Assembly: GCA_965223265.1 (NCBI GenBank)
Contig: OZ244999.1
Span: 3,008,001-3,072,000 of the forward strand
From: Planctomycetota bacterium
GTDB lineage: Bacteria; Planctomycetota; UBA8108; SXIK01
Length of the DNA: 64,000 nt
Direction of reading: 5' to 3'
The notes under the pieces were generated by a model. It saw only the letters and a program-made list of their open reading frames with translations. It searched no databases and had not been told where the DNA came from. The stretch's first letter is position 1. Every line of letters begins with the position of its first letter. This document shows positions 29,880-39,200 of this stretch, piece after piece. The translations under genes and the position numbers were made by a program.

Positions 29880-30482
29880 CAGTTCGGAGACGTTCGGCAC
29901 GTGGGAGCTTGGCCGGTTCGGAGGTACGATGAGGAAATGAACGACCATTAACCCGACCCGTGAGTAAGGGGGTACCCCGGTGAAGCGCGATTTCACAGTT
30001 TCGCTGAGCCTCATCCCGATCATCATGGTGATTGCACTTCGCGCTGCCGGCGTGGTGTCCGAAACCATCACGTCTGACGATCCGCGTTGGGTGCACGTGG
30101 TTTTTTGGGTATTCGCGGTCGCGGTCCTCCGCGCCATGACCGAACGCTCGCCGACTGTGCTCCTCACCACAGCGTCTGCAAGACACGTGGATTTGCAGAG
30201 TGTGGATTTCAGGCTCCGCACCGCATGGGGAACAGACGAGTTTCCAGAAGTGAATGAGGACGGCCGAGGGTCTTTTGCGGCCTTGGGATGGGTTTTCGTT
30301 CCGCCGAGAAAAAGTAGGTTAGTCGCTAAGCTGCCAGAGAAACCAAACCAACGTCGCAAGTCCGAATACAATCGCGAGGCCAAGAACTGCGAACGCAGCA
30401 ACGACGACGCTGTACTCTTCTGTGCTTTCGGGGGACTTGAGCCTGGATGTCGATGCCATGAACTGCTCCTACTGATTTGAAC

Positions 30483-30944
30483 CTAGTCGCGTTGCAGAAC
30501 CCACAGGAAGTTGTCAGTGTCATCCTTCGATTCGATGGCGACCGGCCGCTTCCCGCCTGCTACGTTGCTTACGCAGATCCGGAGCATGTCTCGGTTGAGG
30601 TCGTAGACCCCGAGATGCGAGTCGCCATTGGGCAGGATCATATCGAACCACCCGGGCTGGTGGTTTTCATTCAGTTGGTACACGCAAGTCTCATTGGGCT
30701 CGTCAGTCGGGAAGTGCCGGACTTTTTCGCCGTCGAAGCTGCAGTAGCGTGGGTGACTCAATGTAACGGTCTCACCGTCCTGTATCATCAAAACGGTTTT
30801 CCACTTCCCCTGGATCCTGTCTGCGTCGCTTCGGTGAATCCATCGCTGCAAGATGTTTCCCCGCAAGCTCGCCATCGCCGCCACCAGCACGACCACGGCA
30901 CTCGTAGCTAGCAAGATCGCGATCGTCTTTCCACGGTGCCTCAT
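30483..30944 (-). CDS. TIGR03067-like Planctomycetes extracytoplasmic domain protein
   Basis: N-terminal TM; DADRIQGKWK...QDG...YQLN...GVYDLNRDMLRIC...RP pattern. Confidence 0.75.
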   Translation of the reverse strand: MRHRGKTIAILLATSAVVVLVAAMASLRGNILQRWIHRSDADRIQGKWKTVLMIQDGETVTLSHPRYCSFDGEKVRHFPTDEPNETCVYQLNENHQPGWFDMILPNGDSHLGVYDLNRDMLRICVSNVAGGKRPVAIESKDDTDNFLWVLQRD

Positions 30945-31242
30945 GGCGTCACCGTACGCGTTGGAACGGTGGGATGCAACATGCGGACTCACTTGCGTCG
31001 GATGAACGCCACGTCTCACCTCCGGTATCCATCACGCCGGTAGAGCCGATCCTCCTCGCGCCGGTAGGCGGTCTCCATCCATCTCTCTTTCGACGACCGA
31101 CGTCAACCAGTCACGCTTCGCTGCTGTGGGTAGACCTTGCAGCGAGTCTTCCCCACGGTTGATCGTCTCTATTCTTTCACTTGGAGTCAATCAGACGGGT
31201 GCGAAAAACGCGTTCTCCGGATCCATGAACTACAGGATGTAC

Positions 31243-31653
31243 TCAGTGCTCGCCACCCGCGTAGATCCACATCGACTCCGTACGCCCAGCTTTCTTGAAG
31301 CCGCACCTTTTGTAAAACTCGATGGCGTCGCCGTCCGCGATGAGAACGTGCTGGTGGAAGCCGGCGTATCTCTGCTTCAAGATTTCCATGATGCGGCGTC
31401 CGATGCCCTTGCCTTGATACTCGGGCAGTACCAGCAAGTGGGGGTAGTACACGACCAAGGAGCCATCTGAGATCGCGTTGCCCAGACCGACGAGTTGACC
31501 CTCGTCCCATGCGGATACCAGCGCGTGCGAGTTCGCCAGCGCGCTTGCGAGGGCTTCGGGATGGTTCGCGGCGGACCAGTCGTTCGCCTGGTAGAGACGC
31601 AGAACGCTGTCGCGCGGGAGGTCGTGGGATTCCCTGTAGTCGATGCTTGCCAT
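31243..31653 (-). CDS. GNAT family N-acetyltransferase
   Basis: LVLPEYQGKGIG motif A; FYKRCGF. Confidence 0.92.
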   Translation of the reverse strand: MASIDYRESHDLPRDSVLRLYQANDWSAANHPEALASALANSHALVSAWDEGQLVGLGNAISDGSLVVYYPHLLVLPEYQGKGIGRRIMEILKQRYAGFHQHVLIADGDAIEFYKRCGFKKAGRTESMWIYAGGEH

Positions 31654-31826
31654 GGGCTTTACTCCAAGGTGAGGAGTCGCGACTCCGCGGACTGTGCAAC
31701 TACTGCATTCGCCCGGGGTCGCGAGATCAGCGGCCGAGTCTCGTCGTCCCGGAGAATGAAGTCGCCGACGCGCGCCGGGGGTGTGTTATGCTACGCCTCA
31801 ACGACTCGAAGGCGAAGGAACGAAAA

Positions 31827-33467
31827 ATGATACGTAAGATGATACGCAATTTGACGCTGAACCTCTCCATGCTCCTCACTGTCGCGGTGGTCGATCTCTA
31901 CGCGACCAATGACCCCGCACAATCGCTGCGCGAGAGCTATCTAGGCGCGGGTGGACTTCCGAGCGAGCAGGCTTATCTCGAGCGGCATGGCCTTGCCCCC
32001 ACACCGGGAAGCGAGAGCTATCGCTGGCAGGCTCAGTTCAAATTCACGTATCGCTCGAAGGATCTCGAGGCGCTCGGCGATGCGGTGCCTCTCGCTACCG
32101 ATTGTTATTTCACCCGCACACGAACCTACACTGCTGAATCTCGGGCGATGCCGGTCTGGGACGGTCGAGTATTCTCAGATGGAAAGAATCTCGTCGTCGC
32201 GGCCTACTCTCGGGGCGGCGAACAGATCGTCGGGCAGATCGTCGAGGGTGAGGTCAGTGTCACCGGGCGCTCGGTGGATGACTCGCGCCGCCCTCCGCTA
32301 CTCGATCAAAAGAATGTACGCTACAACCCGTTCAGCGGCCGTCTATGGAGGCCTGCCTCCGGTGGCACGATCACCGAGGAGCAACAGTTCTTCCTGCCGT
32401 TGCCGCTCATCGATGCGCAGGGACGGGTCGTGCGGCCAACCTTCGAGATCCTTCCGCGCGGCGGAACGCGCTTCGAGTTGGTGGCAAAGAACGCAGCGAG
32501 TGAAATCATACTCGCTCGCTGCGAGCTGCGTGACGCCAAACGACGTCCTGGTTATTCACCGCAGCTCGGGCCGGGGTGCGTTCAACTGACCTCCGACGAC
32601 GTGACCATTCTGGAGGTGGAGGGGCAACTGGTGACGAGTGAATTGCTCGCGACCGGTGACCGGCTTATCCTCAAGAGCTCACAGCCCGACGGGCAACCGG
32701 TGGAGAGACCCTTGGCGATCGACGGTGATTTCTCGGAGTGGCGCAACGTCGCCGGTATCAACGATCCACGCGGCGACATCCCCGGCTATCTTGAGTACAG
32801 CCCGGACACCGACCTCCTAGAATTCAAAGTCCGACACGATCGCCAGCACTTGTACTTCTACACGAGAGTGGCCGGTCGCCATGGCAACACCGAACCGGGA
32901 AACGAGCGGGACCGCTACTACTATTACGTGTACATCGACGCAGATCGCGACCCGACGACTGGCTATCTCCCGACTCGAGACGATGACTGCTACTACGGCG
33001 TCACGCTTGGGGACGACTGCGAGGCTCAGTTCGAATTCGTGGCAGGGCGTTTCGTCAAGACGTTCTTTGGTTTCACTGGCGCAGGGACGGAGCGCGATGT
33101 GCTTTCGGGGCGCGTCAAATTGGCGCCGTCGTGGTACAGCCGTCGCGACCCTGACGGGAACGTGCGTGACCGTTACAAGGTCGAGTACGTCCAGCAGGAT
33201 GGAGAGCTGAGCATCACCAAGGACTACCAGGAGGGAACGAGCGAGGACATCACGATCGCCGTGTCTCTGGACGGTACGGAGTGCGAGATGAGGGCTTCGC
33301 TCGACGGGTTTCTGAGGGACGCGTCGGGGAAGCCGATCATCGGATTGGGCCAGCGTATCGACCTGGCCGTCGGCGTCGAGGCCGCAGGCCGCGTTCATGG
33401 TAACGCCAGCTGGGGCGCCGACAGCACCGTTGCGATCCGCGGCTATTCCATCTCCGCGCGGCCTTAG
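31827..33467 (+). CDS. Secreted hypothetical protein with CBM9/DOMON-like C-terminal domain
   Basis: Signal-like N-terminus; IDGDFSEW...DP.GD...HLYFY...YIDADRDPTTG pattern. Start uncertain. Confidence 0.6.
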   Translation: MIRKMIRNLTLNLSMLLTVAVVDLYATNDPAQSLRESYLGAGGLPSEQAYLERHGLAPTPGSESYRWQAQFKFTYRSKDLEALGDAVPLATDCYFTRTRTYTAESRAMPVWDGRVFSDGKNLVVAAYSRGGEQIVGQIVEGEVSVTGRSVDDSRRPPLLDQKNVRYNPFSGRLWRPASGGTITEEQQFFLPLPLIDAQGRVVRPTFEILPRGGTRFELVAKNAASEIILARCELRDAKRRPGYSPQLGPGCVQLTSDDVTILEVEGQLVTSELLATGDRLILKSSQPDGQPVERPLAIDGDFSEWRNVAGINDPRGDIPGYLEYSPDTDLLEFKVRHDRQHLYFYTRVAGRHGNTEPGNERDRYYYYVYIDADRDPTTGYLPTRDDDCYYGVTLGDDCEAQFEFVAGRFVKTFFGFTGAGTERDVLSGRVKLAPSWYSRRDPDGNVRDRYKVEYVQQDGELSITKDYQEGTSEDITIAVSLDGTECEMRASLDGFLRDASGKPIIGLGQRIDLAVGVEAAGRVHGNASWGADSTVAIRGYSISARP

Positions 33468-33750
33468 ACGTAGAGGCACCGAACCAGCGCTGACCGCATT
33501 GGTCTCCCCTCGTCCGAATTGCGCATATTCTCCGTTTGCGGTGTGCACCGATACCTGAGCGAGGGGCAAGGGGGCTGTTCGTTCAGCGCTTGCCCATTGT
33601 GCTGATCGTCGAAGGTTCGAAGAGCACGCGTCCGGGGGCATGTGGGAGTTCGGTTGCGCCTCGGACGCGTGTTCGTTTGACGCCACACTCTTCTGCTCTT
33701 GAGCTCTTGCTCTTGAGTCGTTGAGCGTTGGCGACGTGACGGCTGCGGAT

Positions 33751-34443
33751 CTAGATCAATCGCAGCGCAAGCGAGAACACCGGGCCGAATAAGTAGGGAA
33801 ACGCCCAACATGCGGCAACCAACCCGGCGATACTCACCATCGGCTGGCCCATAAACGTCATGTAACGGCGTGCGTTCACTGGGTCGAGGAAGAGCGGCAG
33901 GATCGCGCCGCCGTCCAGTGGCGGCATCGGGAACAGATTGAAGACGAAGAGAAGGACGTTGAGCGAGAAGAGGATGGAAAGAAACAGCGCCGCGTCGCTG
34001 GCGATCGATCCGGGTGCCGCGGCGACAATTTGTGTGAAGACGCAGGTCACTGCTGCGGGTGTATGAAAGATCTCAAGCGCCACTCCGGCGCGGATCACGA
34101 CCGCGACGACGCAGACAACCAGTAGGTTAGACACTGGCCCAGCGAGTGCCATCTTCGCGGCGCGTTTCGGGAAACGCTGTGCCCAGAGCGCGTTATAGGA
34201 CGCGCTTGCCCACCCGCACATCCAGCCGAGGGACAGAAACGTCAACACGGGGACGGCGATCATACCGACCGGCTCACGCTTGAGGTGGGGGAGCGGATTC
34301 AGTGTCACCTGGCCGCCGCGGTAGGCCGTCGGGTCCCCGAGCTGCAGTGCGGCCCATGCATGCGCCGCCTCGTGGAGGACGATTGAGAAAAGAAACGCCG
34401 CGTACCAGAGAACGAGCGCAGCGGTGTCTGGGTTTGCGGTCAT
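33751..34443 (-). CDS. Site-2 protease (peptidase M50)
   Basis: HEAAH zinc motif, GDPT, ALAGPVSN and FNLFPMPPLDG. Confidence 0.92.
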   Translation of the reverse strand: MTANPDTAALVLWYAAFLFSIVLHEAAHAWAALQLGDPTAYRGGQVTLNPLPHLKREPVGMIAVPVLTFLSLGWMCGWASASYNALWAQRFPKRAAKMALAGPVSNLLVVCVVAVVIRAGVALEIFHTPAAVTCVFTQIVAAAPGSIASDAALFLSILFSLNVLLFVFNLFPMPPLDGGAILPLFLDPVNARRYMTFMGQPMVSIAGLVAACWAFPYLFGPVFSLALRLI

Positions 34444-34701
34444 ATGGTTCGCTGCCTTGCTGCTGAGGCGGCCCAAGGATTCGTCGCCCGTGGTCCGAAT
34501 AACCACCCTTTCTCCCATCTTCGGGCTCGATGGGCGCCGCTCTTGAACGAGTGTGTTCAAGCGATCAGCACGTGCGACATCGGAACTGCCTCCGATCGGT
34601 TCGTATCATTCGTGCTCGGATGCCAAACTTCCGTAGCGTGATGTGCCGGATTCATCGCGAAAGCTTCTGATAAAGGTCTCCTGTCGCGGCGGGATTTCTC
34701 C

Positions 34702-36207
34702 ATGGAACAAAAGAAAAAACGCACTGCTGTCGTCATCTGGATCGTGATCTTCGCACTCGCCTTCTTCATCTACCGCGAAGTCAAATCCCGCCAAGGCTCA
34801 ACGCACCACGTCGAGTACTCCACGTTCCTTGAAGACTTGGAGAGCGGTCGTGTCACCGAGGTCTTGGTCGACGGGAACCTCCTAACGGTTACGGTCTTCA
34901 ACCCGAATCAGACCTACACGACGTTTGGCGCCACTGGCGAGGAGTTCATGGCCAAGGTGTCGGAGTTCGGCGTTCGCGTCGGTTACGGCGACGGTTCGAG
35001 CGGCGCGAGCTCCTCGCTGTGGATGTGGTTGCCGCTGGTGATCGTTCTGGCGCTGATCATTCTTTTTTTCGTCTCGCTCAAAAAGCAGCAAGGCGCCGCC
35101 GGTAACGTCTTCACGCTTGGAAAGAGTCGGGCCCGAAGGATCACAGAAAACGACATTCACTTCTCAGACGTCGGTGGACTTGCGGAAGCCAAAGAGGATT
35201 TTGGCGACCTCATCGATTTCTTGAAGAACTCGCAGCGTTGGATCAGTTCAGGCGTGCGTCTGCAGCGAGGAGTTTTGCTCGTTGGGCCGCCAGGCTGTGG
35301 GAAAACACTGCTCGCTCGTGCAGTCGCTGGAGAAGCGAGCGTGCCGTTTTTCACGCTGTCGGCATCAGAGTTCGTCGAGCTCTTCGTAGGTGTCGGCGCG
35401 GCACGCGTGCGCGACATGTTCGACCAAGCAAAAAAGGAGTCACCGGCGATCATCTTCATCGACGAACTCGACGCGGTCGGGCGTCGGCGCGGCTCGGGAG
35501 TCGGCAGCGCTCACGACGAGCGCGAGCAGACGCTCAATCAGCTACTCGTCGCTATGGATGGGTTCGAGACCACCGACGAGATCGTCGTCATTGCGGCAAC
35601 AAATCGTCCGGACGTGCTCGACAAGGCCCTTCTTCGTCCAGGGCGTTTCGATCTGCGCATCGAGGTGGGCGCCCCCGACCAGGCGACACGTCTCGAGATT
35701 CTTAAGATCCACACGCAAAAGAAGCCACTTACCTCAGACGTGAAACTGGATGCCCTTGCTGAGAAGACCGTCGGCTTCACCGGCGCCGACCTCGAGACGC
35801 TCGCCAACCAAGCTGCACTCTACGCCGTGCGTGCCGTGCGCCTTGAGGGCGCCGCAGAGCCGCAGGTAACGCAGGCGCATTTCGACCGCGCTTTCGAAAA
35901 ACTGGCGAAGAGCGATTGCCTTTTTAACAAGCTCGACACAGCACTCATTGAGTCGGCGTCGCAGTTGTCGCAGCCGACAGGAAACGTCGTTCTGCGGGTG
36001 ACGCTTCGTGGCGGCGAGAAAGTCGAGGGGCGACTGGTGTGGGCGGATGCGGCGTTCATCAAGATCCGCGAAGCCGATGCTGACGAACCCGCCATCCTGC
36101 CAAAACTTCAGGTGCTCCGCATAGAAAGCCTCCCAGGCACCGACGCCGAGACCAACCCGCAGTCGGTGGGGGACCAGTGGGCGCATGGAGTGGCCGAGCT
36201 GGCTTGA
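34702..36207 (+). CDS. FtsH-like membrane AAA+ ATPase lacking the M41 protease domain, with a C-terminal Sm-like domain
   Basis: Two TM segments around FtsH_ext ([13 protein letters not shown]); [11 protein letters not shown] pore loop, [26 protein letters not shown]; no HExxH; ends in [18 protein letters not shown]...[11 protein letters not shown]. Confidence 0.85.
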   Translation: MEQKKKRTAVVIWIVIFALAFFIYREVKSRQGSTHHVEYSTFLEDLESGRVTEVLVDGNLLTVTVFNPNQTYTTFGATGEEFMAKVSEFGVRVGYGDGSSGASSSLWMWLPLVIVLALIILFFVSLKKQQGAAGNVFTLGKSRARRITENDIHFSDVGGLAEAKEDFGDLIDFLKNSQRWISSGVRLQRGVLLVGPPGCGKTLLARAVAGEASVPFFTLSASEFVELFVGVGAARVRDMFDQAKKESPAIIFIDELDAVGRRRGSGVGSAHDEREQTLNQLLVAMDGFETTDEIVVIAATNRPDVLDKALLRPGRFDLRIEVGAPDQATRLEILKIHTQKKPLTSDVKLDALAEKTVGFTGADLETLANQAALYAVRAVRLEGAAEPQVTQAHFDRAFEKLAKSDCLFNKLDTALIESASQLSQPTGNVVLRVTLRGGEKVEGRLVWADAAFIKIREADADEPAILPKLQVLRIESLPGTDAETNPQSVGDQWAHGVAELA

Positions 36208-36260
36208 CGGCGTCGAGTCCAATCACTCGGGCCGTCAAAGTGGCGCCATCGGGCTGCGAT

Positions 36261-39200
36261 TCACTCGCACGGCGACGCCCGGCACCCGAGGAGAAGGTCG
36301 CCGTCGAGCTCAAGGCTGCCGCAGTCGGGAAAGGGCGCCTGAGGCGATGCACCGCCGGTGAACGCGAATCGGAGGATGAGAACTGCGTCGGAGACGTCGC
36401 CCTCGACGCGACCGTCGGAGTTGGCATCGCACGCGGCGCGGCAGATCGGCGCTTCGCCGCCAGCGAAGTTTGCAGCCAAGAGAAAGAGTGCGTCATCAAG
36501 CTTCGCTGGGTCGCCATCACCGTTACAGTCGCCGCGGCGAAACTGAATCGACGTCGAACAGCTGCTTTCGTAGGCGCCTAAGTCAACCGAATCGCCACAG
36601 CGTCGGGGACGGTCATCGAGGTCGAACTCAGGTGCCCCGGCGTTCACGCCAGCGTCGATCGCCGGCGAGCCGATCTGCAGGCGGTAGTCGCCCGGGTCGA
36701 TGATGAAGTCCGCAATGTGATCGTCCGTGACGCGAGTGAAATCGAACGTGCCGCGGCGGATGAAGCGAGGATTGACGTTGAGGTTGCCGATTCCCTCAGG
36801 CACGTTTCTGCCGGCGACGATGCTGTGGGAAAACCTTGCGTTATTCTTGATGGCGATTCGGAGCAGGTCGTCACCCTGTCCCCAAAAGACACAATTGACG
36901 ATCTCAGCATGGGCTTCTCGCGACAGCTGCAGGTCGTCACCCTGTCCTCCCGCGTGGTTGTCAGCGAACGTACAGTTGACTAGTCTCATTGTCGTATCAG
37001 AGTCACCGTAACGGCTGTCGGAAATCGCGCCACCACCATCCGCAGCGGAGTTGGCCACGAAAAGCGAGCTTTCGACCAATAGTTCCGTGAGGACAGTGCT
37101 AAAGATTGCACCGCCGCTCCCGTTCGCTTCATTGCCGCGAAGAATACTAGAGCGAACGTTAACGCGTGATGCGATCGCCCCAATCGCGCCTCCGTTGCCG
37201 CAGCGATTCGACTCGATGAGGGAACGGTTGACGCCTAGGCGGGCATTTCTCGCGTGAATGACGCCGGAGTCGATCGCAAACGGTCTTTCATTGCCCCGAT
37301 TGCGGCGGATCTCGCTGCGATCGATCGTGAGCTCCGAGCGGATGACGATGGCGGCGATCGAGTTTTCGACGAACTCACAGTCCGCGACAGTCGCGCTGCC
37401 GTCGGCGGTGACTTGAAGACCGATTCTGTTGTTGTCAAATCTGCAGCCCGTGAGAACTGCCGCGCCGCCGGTGACGTCGACGCTATTGAGGCTCGACGTG
37501 AAGTTGCAGTTCTCCAGCTCGACCTGTTCACCACTCGCCACCGAGACCGGGCCACCGGAGACCGTCACGTTCTCCAATCGGGCGCCGGTGCGCAGGCCAC
37601 GAAGACTGCCCGCGACAACCGTTGCATCTCGGTCCACGCCGCGAAGCGAAATGCCGTGTGCTAAGTTGACGCTGGTCGTCGCCTCGTGTCGGCCCGGCCG
37701 CAGCGTGATCCGCTTCGGCGACCGCGTGCCGGCCACGCACAGTCCGAGCGGCACGCCCATGTCGCTGCCGTCTGCCCCCGAGCCCAGGCACGGCGAATTC
37801 GCGCCGAGCGCCAGGCTGAAAACCGAGAAGGCATCGGCGAGTGTTGCGAAGTGCCCGCGCGGTCGATTGGCGACCGACGCCAACTCCGGGTCAACCACGA
37901 CTTCTGCGACGGCGCCGAAGCCGCAGAAAAGCGGATCAGAGTTGATGTTTCCCGCTCCTGGCCATGGAGCGTCGCCCTCGATGCAGCTCCGCCTTACGTG
38001 GATCTGTCCGCCCTCTCCGCTTGTGATCTGAACGCCGGTGTTCGCCCACACGATGCAGCTTTCGAGCTCGACGACTCCCGTGTCAACGGCGATGCCGCCG
38101 GGAGTGTGGCTGGTGACGTTTTCGACGACCGTGCAGTGAGATAGCGTGACACGGCTCTCTTTGTCGGAGAACAAAGCTCCACCTCGCGCAGCTTCGCCCC
38201 CGAGCAGCAGACATTCTGAGAGTTCCACGTTTGATCCGTCGGTCACGAACAGCGCGCCGCCGATCGTTTTGTTCGGCACTGATTCGCTCGCAGCCCGGTT
38301 GCGCACGAACCGGCAGCGCTCGACTCTCACGTTCGATCGTTGGAGCGCTGCAATGGCACCGCCGCGTTCAGCGACATTGCCGTCGAACTCGCAATCAATA
38401 AAAACAGGTGAAGCCTCCTCGCACATGACCGCGCCACCGAATTCCTGTCTGCTGTTGGCCGCGAACGTCGAGCGTCGAAATTCCGGTGCCGAGCCCGGCT
38501 GGCACCACACCCCGGACCCCTGAGAGATGGTGCAGTCGGACACGGTCGGTGCAGATGCGCTTTCGCACACGAGGTTTTCGATCTGGCTTGCAGAGATTTC
38601 AGGTGACTCCCCGGAGCTCACGCGGACGCTACCCTGCATCGACGTGATCCGGCTCAGCAGTGCACTGCTGCGTAGACCACGAATCTCGCCTCGGATGATG
38701 GTTTCGCCCGCTGTTGACCCAACGACACCGACGTCCTGCACAAGGTTTCCGGCCTCGTAGGTCCCAGGCGCCACGTTCAGGAGCGCCGAGGACCGCCCTG
38801 AACGCTCGCAGGTGCCCAAACGAGCACCCACATCCGTCCCACCGAGTCCGCTGCCGAGACATGGTGAGTCGGCGGCGAGGGCGTAGTCGAACGTTGAGAG
38901 TGCAGCGGTGATCGAGGGAAACGGTCGCTCGCGGCTGCCGTCGTTGGCGCCGGCGTCATCAACCGCAGCGTCAACGAAGAACTCGCGTTTGGCCCCGCGC
39001 CAACCGCAGAAGCGTGGGTCGACGTTGAAGTTGCCCGTGCCTGGCCAGACGGTGTCGCCAGCGATGCAGCTGAAGGAGACCGCAACCTCCGCTTCGGGAT
39101 CGACGGTGAGGGAACCACCGACGTTGTCGACGACGATCGAGTTGAGAACTTGGAGCTGACTGCCGCGCGTGGCGAAGATGACGCCGCTCTCGAATGAGTC

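Noticed and set aside
29980-30480. 166-aa possible membrane protein
   Set aside because: Only the first ~55 aa look membrane-like, no motif is recognisable and competing ORFs overlap it. It cannot be supported as a gene.
34702-36207. Canonical ftsH
   Set aside because: No HExxH/M41 protease domain, so the gene symbol was withheld.
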